A stretch of 64,000 nt of DNA from assembly GCF_006345805.1 (NCBI RefSeq), contig NC_043008.1:35030001-35094000 (forward strand), read 5' to 3'. This DNA comes from Octopus sinensis (Eukaryota). The notes under the pieces were generated by a model. It did not search any database. It had not been told where the DNA came from and saw nothing but the letters and a program-made list of their open reading frames with translations. This document shows, one piece after another, positions 51,004 through 62,880 of the stretch (positions within the stretch are counted from its first letter, which is position 1; the number at the start of each line of letters is the position of its first letter). The position numbers were made by a program, and so were the translations under genes.

Positions 51004-52062
51004 AACAGACGACAAACAAGCAAAACACTTGGTATCACTTTAGGGCTTTTAATTTATAATTTATAATTTAAACATAGCGCAAAGCGGTTATAGTAAATAG
51101 TTAAAGTCTCTTACAGCTGTTTCTAGTTCCATTATTAAAGTATCAAGGAATATCCAAAGTAAAAGATGATAGATGTTAACTTTCTTTGATACTTCAACAA
51201 TGGAACGGCTAATAGATATTATCATTTACTAAGAATTTCATTAATCTTTCGACCATGGAACTACCAACTAATGATATTTTGACTTTGGACACTGTTTAGT
51301 TATTCAACAAACTGGTAACTACTAATAGCCCTGTTTCAGAATTTTCTTTATTTATTTTTCTCTCTCTCTAATGACGGTATACGTAGCTTATGTGGAAACC
51401 CTTGCTCAATAACACATGCTCCACTATCCGAGAAACAGCTGTTAAGAGACACTTTACCTATTGATTATAACTACGCTAACATGTTTAAATTATAAATGAT
51501 AAATGAAATACTGTCACCTGATACCGCATGTTTTACTTGTCTGTTACCGATATATGTAGATTACGCGCTCGGTAATGAACCACTTCTAGCCAGCTTTTGA
51601 TAGGTAGCCTCAACACCAAAATGTTTTCAGTTGCAGATGAAGCCAGAATTTTAGAGGTGAATCAAACCGAGCACTTAGAGTACATATTCGTTATATTACG
51701 TCATTAAACGAAAATACTTTATATGCATTGGCATTCTCTCTCTCCACCTCTTTCCCCCTTTTCTCTCTCCCTATATATATATATAACTTAATTTATTAAG
51801 TACAATAAATTTCATCATATAAATGAAATGACGCAGACTAGATGTTAAAATGGAGTATCCTTTTATGCCATGATCCTAGACAATTGTTTCTGACAAAAAG
51901 GACCAAGATTTCAATAAAAAGAACATCACAAAGGTTGAATTTGTACTCTTCAGTCGGTGAGATTTAACGGAAAACAAACAAACAAACAAACAAAAAAAAA
52001 CGTTTGAATTTTTTCTTACGTATCATTATTATACAGGTATTAGTATATGCATTCTTCCACTC

Positions 52063-52092
52063 ACACACCAGCATCGATTGTCAAGCGATGTT

Positions 52093-52130
<38 letters not shown>

Positions 52131-52327
52131 CGGTCTCTTTTGCCGAACCGCTAAGTTACGGGCACGTAAACACACCAGCATCGATTGTCAAACGATGTTG
52201 GCAAAAGAGACCGATACTATAAATACTTGGCTTACAATGAATGTCTTGGGGTCGATTTGCTCGACAAAAGGCGGTGCTCCAGCATGGCCACAGTGAAATG
52301 ACTGAAACAAGTAATAGAGTCAAGAGT
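52063..52327. mobile_element. Rearranged SINE B (inverted and duplicated internal segment joined to a sense 3' end)
   Basis: 32 bp direct duplication 52063-52094 / 52170-52201 (1 mismatch); perfect 16 bp inverted repeat 52129-52144 / 52200-52215; sense B tail from 52200. Confidence 0.85.
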
Positions 52328-52328
52328 A

Positions 52329-52408
<80 letters not shown>

Positions 52409-52640
52409 GAAGGCGGCGAGCTGGCAGAAACGTTAGCACGCCGGGCGAAATGCATTGCTGTATTTCGTCTGCCGTTACGTTCCGAGTTCAAATTCCGCCG
52501 AGGTCGACTTTGCCTTTCATCCTTCCGGGGTCGATAAATTAAGTACCAGTTACGCACTGGGGTCGATGTAATTGACTTAATCCGTTTGTCTGTCCTTGTT
52601 TGTCTCCTCTGTGTTTAGCCCCTTGTGGGTAGTAAATAAA
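52409..52640 (+). mobile_element. SINE family A, young full-length copy inside a (TATC)n array
   Basis: GAAGGCGGCGAGCTGGCAGAAACGTTAGCACG..CCCTTGTGGGTAGTAAATAAA, with (TATC)n on both sides. Confidence 0.93.
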
Positions 52641-52642
52641 TA

Positions 52643-52706
<64 letters not shown>

Positions 52707-53169
52707 ATTCTATTTATAAATGCATATACATACATGGATTGATGCATACACACACGGGAACATACAAAAGCATCCCTGTAAATATTTTGATTGAGGCGTT
52801 GCAGTTAGTGGTCTCTTTGTGTCATTCCAGTCTCATCAGAAGTCAGAATGCGACCTTTAATGATAGTGTTAACATACATAATTGTTCTAACATATACAAC
52901 AGACAGCTCGCCTTAAGGGCTGAAACAAAATCAATGGATCTGTACTCAATGTTTGAACCTATTGAGTTCTCTGAATCATACTCGTCTCGATCATTTCATC
53001 AACACTATCACATGCACACACGCGAGCGCGCACACATATAAAGCAGAAAGCGTGATAAATAGATCCATAAATACATTCATGTATATATGCACACACACTC
53101 ATACACATACACATGAATATACATATATGTATGGATGCCTAAGTATATAGATGTATATCTATGATATAA

Positions 53170-53350
53170 ATGTACGTATATATGTGCATCAATGTACATG
53201 TATATACAAACATACACACATATATATATATATATAAATATTTATATATATACACGTATATATATGTGTATATACATACACATGTATATATATATGTATA
53301 TATATGTATATATATGTGGTGTATACATAGATATGTATATCTATATATGT

Positions 53351-53399
<49 letters not shown>

Positions 53400-53438
53400 A
53401 TATATATATATATATATATATGAATATGTATATATATA

Positions 53439-53478
<40 letters not shown>

Positions 53479-53490
53479 TATATATATGCC
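53170..53490. repeat. (TA)n-rich microsatellite
   Basis: Seen directly. Confidence 0.9.
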
Positions 53491-54199
53491 AGACAGAGCT
53501 TTCACTAAACTATGTTACCAGCGCATTAACACATAATAATACATTCATTATGTTTTTATGTTAGCCGTAAGGGGTGTTCTGCTGTTGTTGTTGTTGTTGT
53601 CGTTGCTATTGGTGTTGTGATGCTGCTGTTGCTGCAGCTGTTGTTATGTGTGTGTGTTTTTCTTGCCTTTGTCTTGATTGTTGTTGCTGTATCTGTTCTA
53701 TTATTCAGTAGGTGGAGTACATCACTTTGAAATAACTGCATTTTCTTCGTCACGAATTGATTGAATGTAATGCAACAATGTGCACACTTGCTATTGTCAG
53801 CAAAAATGAAAGGAGAGAAGGAAAAAAAAACAACGACAGCAACAAAAACAAAAACAAAAAAACAACCACCTGCAACAGCTGATCGGCTGCACAAGGCTAT
53901 AAACAGCAGGTGTAATTAGAACTTCCGACGTTGAGAATGATAAACATACGGATATTCATAGCAAAGGAATCCGCTTACTGAATAGCTAGATAGCTACATA
54001 GTGAGAGGCATAGCTAGAAAAAGAGATACACAGATGGATAATATTGACAGATCACGTTATACACACACACACACACACACACACACCACACACACACACA
54101 CACATATGTATGCATATGTATGTGTGTATGTATGTATGTATGTATGTAAGAATGCGTATGTGTGAGTGTGGCTGGGTGTCATATATATATATATGTATA

Positions 54200-54240
<41 letters not shown>

Positions 54241-54344
54241 ATATTATATATATATATATAAAATATATATAATATAATATAGATAGCACAAGATGAATAC
54301 TTATTTTCATATACAGTTTATCTATCTATCTATCTCTATCTATC

Positions 54345-54391
<47 letters not shown>

Positions 54392-54392
54392 A

Positions 54393-54427
<35 letters not shown>

Positions 54428-54595
54428 TTATCTATCTATCTATTTATCTATCTATCTGTCTGTCTATCTGTCTGTCTGTCTGTCCGCCTGTCTGTCTATC
54501 AATCTATCTCCCTATAATACATATCTATATATATGCATATACATAGACATATACATATGTACATATATAACTAGGTATATATACATATGTATATG

Positions 54596-54645
<50 letters not shown>

Positions 54646-54660
54646 ATTATATATATATAA

Positions 54661-54691
<31 letters not shown>

Positions 54692-54692
54692 G

Positions 54693-54900
54693 GTTAATCC
54701 AAACATGAAAACACAAAAGAGGAACACAACAATGCGAGGAAGTGGAACAAATATAGTATTATTGGACGCTCAGGAAGGAAGGGAAGAAGGAGGGTTTAAC
54801 GTTTCGAGCGTAGCTCTTCGTGAGAAACATTGGAAAAGGAAAGATCCAAAGAAGGGAAGACGGAGGAAACAAAATCGCCAACGGCACACACGCGGTCACA
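54693..54900 (-). mobile_element. Short hammerhead-bearing module H2 (HHR-like 54794-54828)
   Basis: Minus strand GTTT-CTCACGA-A-GAGC(TAC)GCTC-GAAA-CGTT-AAAC; homologous to 50755-50940. Confidence 0.72.
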
Positions 54901-55053
54901 GAGGAATGACCACTAGGTGGATTCCTAATGCACTAAAGGTAGACTCAATATGGTCTGGCCACTAAGAAAAAATTTCCTCAATTTTCTTTAGTGGTCAGAC
55001 TATATGGGGGTCTACCTTTAGCATATTATGAATCCACCTAGTGGTCATTTCTC
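54901..55053. mobile_element. ~150 bp palindromic (hairpin) MITE-like element
   Basis: Left arm GAGGAATGACCACTAGGTGGATTC..GGTAGAC..GTCTGGCCACTAA pairs with the right arm (reverse complement GAGAAATGACCACTAGGTGGATTC..GGTAGAC..GTCTGACCACTAA) around a loop of a few nt. Confidence 0.8.
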
Positions 55054-55156
55054 TTATATGTATGTAATATTTTTCTGAATCTTCGGATTTTATAAAATAT
55101 GCTATGCCACTAGTTTTTAATTGATATTAATTTAATTATTACTCTCACTATTCATA

Positions 55157-55251
<95 letters not shown>

Positions 55252-55710
55252 CATGTGTGTATGTGGTGTATGTGTACGTGTGTGCGTGTGCGTATATGTG
55301 TATGTATGTAGACTGAAAAATAAAACGATAGAAAAGTAGAGAGATTATAAATGGACGAAAAGCTAGGTAGCTAGTGATCAGACTTAGGGTCGATATGTCT
55401 GTATATACTTATACATACATACATACATATATAAATATTTTATATATAAATATATATACATATGTATGTATAAATATACATGTATGCATATATGTATGTT
55501 TGTATGTATATGTATGTATATATGATATACATATAATACATATCTATATCTATATACACATATCTATATACATGCACATATATATATACGTATATGTATG
55601 TATGTGTGTAAACATATATGTATGCATATATATATATATGTATATCTGTCCTGTGCGTGTATAAGTATATATACATAACATACATACATACATATATATA
55701 TATATTTATA

Positions 55711-55782
<72 letters not shown>

Positions 55783-56058
55783 TTATATATATACTTATAT
55801 ATATAAATATACTTATACACTCACACGCACTCATACACCACATATATGAAGCAGGAAGAGTTGAAGATAATAAGAAAGAAGGAGAAAAAAAAGCAGATGT
55901 TGCTTCTAAAAGAGAATGAGAGGAAGGAAGAAGGAGACAAATTTATTAATATTGTATACAATAAGAAAATACTATTGATTGTGCATTCTGGTATCGATCA
56001 CATTGCACAAGACTCAGACTATACACACGCGCACACTTGTGGTGTGTGTGTGCGCGTG

Positions 56059-56099
<41 letters not shown>

Positions 56100-56365
56100 T
56101 GAATATAATTCTTGAGTAAAAATTCAACAACAAGATGGCAATTCAATTAAGCACTGATTGCATTGTATATGTAGAGAGTATATTCTCTTACGAAAGACGT
56201 AATATATACATTGTGTCTACATATATATGACTACATAAACTTGTACATATATATGTATATATATATGTATATATATATGTATATATATGTACATATATAT
56301 GTATATATATTATATATATATTATATATATACATCTATACATATATACATATATATATATATTAT

Positions 56366-56587
56366 ATTTCTTTACTACCCAAAAGGGGCTAAAAACACAA
56401 GGGGACAAACAAGACAACAAGGGATTAGTCGATACATCGCACCAGTGCGTAACTGGTACTTAATTTATCGACCCGAAAGGATGAAAGGCAAAGTCGACCT
56501 CGGCGGAATTTGAACTCGGACGTAACGGCAGACGAAATACGGCTACGCAGGCGCCGGCGTGCTACGTTTCTGCCAGCTCGCCGCCTT
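56366..56587 (-). mobile_element. SINE family A with many 1-bp deletions
   Basis: Full homology to 52409-52640, with few substitutions but repeated single-base losses. Confidence 0.88.
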
Positions 56588-56598
56588 AATATATATAT

Positions 56599-56636
<38 letters not shown>

Positions 56637-56822
56637 TATATATATATATATATAATATATTGTGTGGTATATATTATATGTATATATATTATATATATAT
56701 ATAATATATAATATATATATAGTTGTATGTATGTATGTAACTCTCACTCTCTCGCACACACTCTCTCTCTTTCTCTCTGACTTTCTGTCTGTCTTTGCAT
56801 CACCGTTTCTGATCTCTGTCTG

Positions 56823-56856
<34 letters not shown>

Positions 56857-57344
56857 TACACACACACACATACACACGCACGCACGCACACACACACACA
56901 ACACAAACACACACACACAAACGCACAAACACACACATACGCAAACACACACACACACAAACACACAAATGCACAAACACACAAACACAAGCACACACAC
57001 TCACACACACATACACACGTTTGTATGTATATAAATATCTATTAAAAAACAACTTAGCAATTATGCAGCTCTGTCAGAATTTCTTCAAATATAATGAACA
57101 ATTCGAACAAGAATTATAACACGCAGAACTCATTAGAATCCCGGTCCACCAACATGTAGGGCGCCAGGATTGGCTGGGCACTTAGCATTGAGCTTAAAAT
57201 ACGCAGAAGCAGCCCTCACTTGTCGTTTGTCGGTAGTAAACTTTAAGTGTGCATATGTGCGTATGTGTGTGTGTGTGTGTGTGGTGTGTGTGTGTGTGTG
57301 TGCATGTGTGTGTGTGTATGTGTGTGGGTGGGTGTATAGTTCAA

Positions 57345-57550
57345 ATTTACAGAGAATAAAAGATAAAGACTGGTGAAAGAACAAATAGCAGGTGTATTAG
57401 TTTAAAGCTCAGGAGGAATAGAAAAAAGTTTTACGTTTCGAACCTACGCTCTTCAACAGAAAGGCCTGAGAGAGAAAAAAAGGGAGAGAGAGTGAAAAGA
57501 AACAAGCAAAAAAAAAAAAGAAGAAAACGGAGAGAAAAAATGTGTAGGGA
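57345..57550 (-). mobile_element. Penelope-LTR-like module H1 with mutated hammerhead (57428-57463)
   Basis: CTTT-CTGTTGA-A-GAGC(GTAG)GTTC-GAAA-CGTA-AAAC. Confidence 0.68.
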
Positions 57551-57884
57551 TTTATGTATGTATGTGTTTATATTTATATAAAAATGTTTAAATGTACTTA
57601 TTCAATTCGTTAGTTCTGTACGCAACTTGTAATGGAAACATTAGCCTTGAGCCAGACGGCCGAACGTAAGGCATTGCCAGCTGTGGATCCCTACAACTCG
57701 CTGATTGCCTTGGTTTACATCGGACTGAAGAATAACTCCCAATAGACGTGGACAATCTTTATCTTGTTTTTGCGAATATTGCATGCTGCTGATGTAAAAC
57801 TAATGCATGTGAACCATTTCGGATCATAATAGGTTACTTAACACATTGGATGTTCAAGTCATACAAGAGAATTGTTCGTTGAAC

Positions 57885-57901
57885 TAATAATAATAATGAT
57901 G

Positions 57902-57967
<66 letters not shown>

Positions 57968-58050
57968 TAATAATGATGATGATGATAATAATAATAATAA
58001 CAATAACAACATCAATAATAATATTGATGATGATGATAATAATAATCATA
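57885..58050. repeat. (AAT/GAT)n trinucleotide array
   Basis: Seen directly; poly-I/L ORF. Confidence 0.92.
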
Positions 58051-58706
58051 CCAAATTTATAAAGAAGCCTCGTTACTTTTAATTTATCGACTGGTAGTGT
58101 AGAACATACAAAGGAAATATACCAAAGAGATATGAACTGGATTTAAAGATAGATATCAGATTAAGGGCAATTACAATGGAAGTAATATCATCGCTGAAAA
58201 CAGATTACAAAGCTCAGTTTTTGGTAAGTAGAGAAACTTAAGTTCAGTCATCAATTAAGAAATGAAAGAAAAAAACAGAAAGATAGATAGATAGAGATAG
58301 AGAGAGAGAGAGAGATACACAGAGAGGGAGAGAGAGAGAGCGAGCGAAAGAGGAAGTTTATCTAAGACACAAGTGCAATCGGGTGTTGATTCAAGCAAAA
58401 GAAAATGCATTTTGAAACTGAACAAAAGAAGAGAAAAAACAACCAACAATATTGAAAAATTTCAAAGAACCAGACGACACGTTAATTATTATTTTATCGT
58501 ATCAAAACTGAACATAGAATTGCAGAAACGAAAGACAATATCTGATGACAATCTTTTGGAGACGGTATAGGTATAGTGTAGTTGACTGATTTAAGTGCTA
58601 ACGTTCTAGCTCACTTCCGCTGTTTGGAATAGTACTTGGAATGAAGGTGTGTTGCGTGTAGTCGTCGCATTGACTATGACAAAGAAAGTTGTCGTGGCGA
58701 TACCTG

Positions 58707-58805
58707 CAACGTTTCGGCTGATACACCCTCCAGCCTTCATCAGGTGGCTTGGAGAAATTTTGAACCTGAGTTCTCATTCCTAATGTATTTTTGATGTTGT
58801 TGTTG

Positions 58806-58882
<77 letters not shown>

Positions 58883-58962
58883 GTAGTAGTAGTAGTAGTA
58901 GTAGTAGTATTCAGGTTAGTGTCTGGAATCGAACTTGGGGTTAGTAGCCCGCGCTCTTAACC
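58707..58962 (-). mobile_element. tRNA-headed, hammerhead-tailed element (H3), left arm
   Basis: Minus strand: GGTTAAGAGCGCGGGCTACTAACCCCAAGTTCGATTCCAG..(TAC/AAT/AAC)n..TAGGAATGAGAACTCAGGTTCAAAATTTCTCCAAGCCAC-CTGATGA-A-GGCTG(GAGGGTGTAT)CAGCC-GAAA-CGTT-G. Confidence 0.8.
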
Positions 58963-59030
58963 CCAAGATTCCGAGTTCGATTCCAGCCAGTGACCTAAAT
59001 AATAATAATGATGATGATGATAATATAATA

Positions 59031-59093
<63 letters not shown>

Positions 59094-59155
59094 TAATGAT
59101 AATAATAATGATGATGATGATGATGATGATGATGATAATAATAATAATAATAATA

Positions 59156-59197
<42 letters not shown>

Positions 59198-59347
59198 CAT
59201 TGAAAATATCTTAGGAATGAGAATCCAGGTTCGAAATTTTCCCAAGACACCTGATGAAGTCTGGAGGGTATATCAGCCGAAATGTTGTGTTAACAACAAA
59301 CAAGATGGGGACAAATATCCGTCAAATGTAAATAACGTAAATAATGT
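58958..59347 (+). mobile_element. tRNA-headed, hammerhead-tailed element (H3), right arm
   Basis: TAACCCCAAGATTCCGAGTTCGATTCCAG (B box)..(AAT/GAT)n..TAGGAATGAGAATCCAGGTTCGAAATTTTCCCAAGACAC-CTGATGA-A-GTCTG(GAGGGTATAT)CAGCC-GAAA-TGTT-GTGTT.., ending in GTAAATAA repeats. Confidence 0.8.
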
Positions 59348-59676
59348 CGGTAAGATTTGTTCGACTCAGTATGGCTATTCCCTAACAAGAATGGTTTTGA
59401 CAGTGACTTTGAAATTTCGTCCAGCTCAGCCATATTCGGACTGCAACGCATAGGAAGTTGTCACACCTAAACATAAACACCTAATTACAAAACTCTACAT
59501 TCATGAATAAATTCTAAATAATTAGCACTTCCCCAATTTTAATCAATAACAATTCTCCATACCATCTTGCCACCACAACATCCTTCCTACATACCATTGA
59601 ACAGAACTCAGATTTCCATAGAATATTTTAATTTAACAGAGATTATATGAAGCCAAGAGGAGCTTCAATGACTTAC

Positions 59677-59717
59677 AGTCCGATGATCGCTCATCCGCTC
59701 GAAACTTCGAAGTCGCT
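59677..59717 (+). ncRNA. Degenerate hammerhead-like motif
   Basis: AGT-CCGATGA-..GCTC-GAAA-CTTCGAAG-TC-GCT: 10 bp palindrome ACTTCGAAGT and GUC triplet, but stem II is largely broken. Confidence 0.4.
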
Positions 59718-59844
59718 TTCAACGCTATTCTTGCTAAAGAATAATAAATTTCTACTCCACCAAATGTATTGAGTAATCCTTCAGTTTAATGTGAAATTGT
59801 TTTTAGTAAAAAATAAAAACAAACATTAATGTGTGTGTGTGTAA

Positions 59845-60058
59845 GTGGCGACTTGCTGGCAGAATCGTGAGCACGTTTGGCAAAATGCTTAGCGGCATTT
59901 CGTCCGTCTTTGAGTTCTCAGTTCAAATTCCGCCAAGGTCGTCTTTGCCTTTCGTCCTTTCTGGGTCGATAAAATAAGTACCAGTCGAGCACTGGGGTCG
60001 ATGTAATCGACTAGTCCATTCCCCTAAGACTCCTGTCCCTATACCAAAATTTGAAACG
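59845..60058 (+). mobile_element. SINE family A
   Basis: GCTGGCAGAATCGTGAGCACG..GTTCAAATTCCGCCAAGGTCGTCTTTGCCTTTCGTCC..CACTGGGGTCGATGTAATCGACTAG. Confidence 0.85.
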
Positions 60059-60552
60059 GATACATATATACATATACCCCCTTCTTTTTTACTTGTTCAA
60101 ATCATGAGACAGCGGCTATGCTGGGGGGACCGCCTTAAAAAAAGTTTAGTCGAATATTTATTATTATATATGATATAAACTCGATTCAATGAAGAGATCC
60201 GTTCGTTACCGATCAATATTGTTACTTAGCATAATGAGCGAGGTAATGGAATCAGTTGTCTCTAAACAATTGTAAAGCGATCTTTTTTAAAACCTTTATT
60301 ATTTCAAGACGACAATTAGGCTTTCATTCAAAGGACATGCAGGGAGACCATTTCCATCTTCATTTGTTTACAAATGTTTTATGCCCCCCTCTCTCCCCCC
60401 TCTCTCTCTATATATATATACATATATATATACACACACACTGCACACACACATACGCATTCACACACACGCACGCAGACACACACACACACACACCTAT
60501 ATATATGTATGTATGCATGTGTTTATATATATATGTGTATTACATATATATA

Positions 60553-60588
<36 letters not shown>

Positions 60589-60679
60589 TATATACATATA
60601 TATATTGAGAGAGAGAGAGAGAATGGGAAGCGTGAGAGAAAAAGAGAGAGAGAGGGTGTGAGAGAAAGAGTGTGTATGC

Positions 60680-60724
<45 letters not shown>

Positions 60725-61924
60725 AGAGAGATAGAGATAGAGAGAAGAACCTATTTAATATGGCTGAAGCGAATTAGTATTATTATATACCATTAGACTC
60801 TGATTTATGTGTGTATGTAAACAGACGTACCCATCTTGCAAGCGAACAAAAACAAATGCACACACACACACCACACACACACACTGTAAAATATGTTCAA
60901 CGAAGGCATTAACAATAAAGTTGGTGTCCTTTCTCTGTATTTTTTGGTTTGATTTTCTTTTAACGTTCCCAAGACACAACGAAAATTAATTTAACGTTGG
61001 ACTTGTTTGGCAACAGACTCGCTCTAACATCGTGTTTTGAAACTGAAGTAAGTTGTGTCTTAGAAAATTTATTGATCTTAAATATAATCCTTACCTCTTG
61101 TTTTTTTTTTTTTTTTTATTATTGTGTTATATAAATTTTTGAAATTTCGTATTAAACAATATTGTCTTTTATGGAGTTTATTTGTGTTGGGTATTTGCTA
61201 TTTTTGAATTCAAAGATAATTGTGACCAGGAGTTTATTGTTATATCCATTATTCATAAGAGTTTTATTTTATCTGCATCACTTCTTTGTGCTATATAGCA
61301 GTGTTAGCTGATAATAAATACATTGTGAGTTAAGATTTTATAACCGATATCTTATATTTTTCTGGTCATTCGCTCTGTAAATTTAAATATCTGCAGCTAT
61401 TATGGTTTTTTTTTTTTTTACATGGGGGAAAGTTGGTGTAATTGTTAAAGCGTTCAATACCTCGTGGTATTTATGCTAGCTTTTTCAGTTTTAGTTCGAA
61501 ACTTATTTATCTCACTTTAGTCTCTTATCTATTCAGAGTCTAGGGCAGTGGATTATAAGTCACATGACGTAGTTTCTGGTATTTGTTTCCGGTTTCTACG
61601 TTCTACGTTCAAATTCCACTGAGATCTACTTCACTTTTTATCAGTTCGGAGTCGTTGGATTAAAAGTGCTGGCATTGCGCAGTGGGTTATAAGTCAAATG
61701 TGATGCCTTGCAGTATTTCTTCTGGCTCCTTGCATTCTAAACACCTGCAATATACCTCCAGTGTTGGGCAGAGAGCATAAGGGGGAGAGGCGGAACAAAT
61801 ATCACACTAACGATTCTACCAACATGACTTCTGAACACCACGGAAGCTCTAAAGAAGACGACATCCAATAATAAACAAAATGTGATCACACTCCCATATA
61901 TATGTATAAGTACACATTATATCC

Positions 61925-62085
61925 CACCGGCTTCTTTCAGCTTCTGCCTACCAAATCCACAAGATTTTTTATGGTCAGGAGCTATAACAGAGGATATTTG
62001 CCCAAGGTGCCATATAGTAGGACTGAACCCAGAACCATGTGGTTGAGAAGCTAACTTGAGAAGTATACCACACAGCTATACCTAC
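61925..62085 (-). mobile_element. SINE family B, 5' part
   Basis: Plus strand GGCTTCTTTCAGCTTCTGCCTACCAAATCCAC..CCCAAGGTGCC..GGACTGAACCCAGAACCATGTGGTTG. Confidence 0.78.
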
Positions 62086-62399
62086 ACATGCTGTATTTTT
62101 TCCTCTTTGGAACGATATGATACATGAGTTGGTATTTGTGGTGTAGTAACATGACGAGACGCAAATGTCTGCTTACGTTCCACGTTTCCTGAAACGGCAT
62201 TAACCTGCGAGACGCATTGGCCAAATGGACTAACACTGCTTCTCTCCCTTTTTTATGATCCTGTACATTTGTGTCGGCGTCCATTCATCTTCAACAGGTT
62301 TGGCAAACATAATTATATTAGTTGTCACATTGCTATAACAATAAATGTGGTAGGTTTCGTTTTAAGTTCGATCGTACGAATATGTTGGTAGCAGAAACA

Positions 62400-62662
62400 C
62401 CGAACACATACATATATACATACATGCATACATGCATGCTTACATATGTATATACACACATAAGTACATACATGCAGCCATATATACAGCCATGCCTACA
62501 AATATATATATACATACATGCATACATCCATGTATAAGTATATACATATATATGTATATGTAGATATATGTATATGTAAATATATATATTTATATATGTA
62601 CATATATATACATGTATATGCAGACGTATACATCGACATACGAACATACATACATTTATATG

Positions 62663-62694
<32 letters not shown>

Positions 62695-62760
62695 TGTATG
62701 TATGTATGTATGTATGTATGTATGTATGTATGCATGTATGTATGTATGTATGTATGTATA

Positions 62761-62822
<62 letters not shown>

Positions 62823-62880
62823 TATACATGCATACATACATATTTCTATATATATGTATGTACATATATAAATAACCGTG
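62400..62880. repeat. Compound (TACA)/(TATG)/(TG)/(TA) microsatellite
   Basis: Seen directly. Confidence 0.92.

Noticed and set aside
58910-58995. Genuine tRNA gene
   Set aside because: The heads are truncated (no acceptor 5' strand or full D arm), fused back-to-back and followed by a repeat tail; a SINE head, not a tRNA. The same applies to the A/B/C heads.
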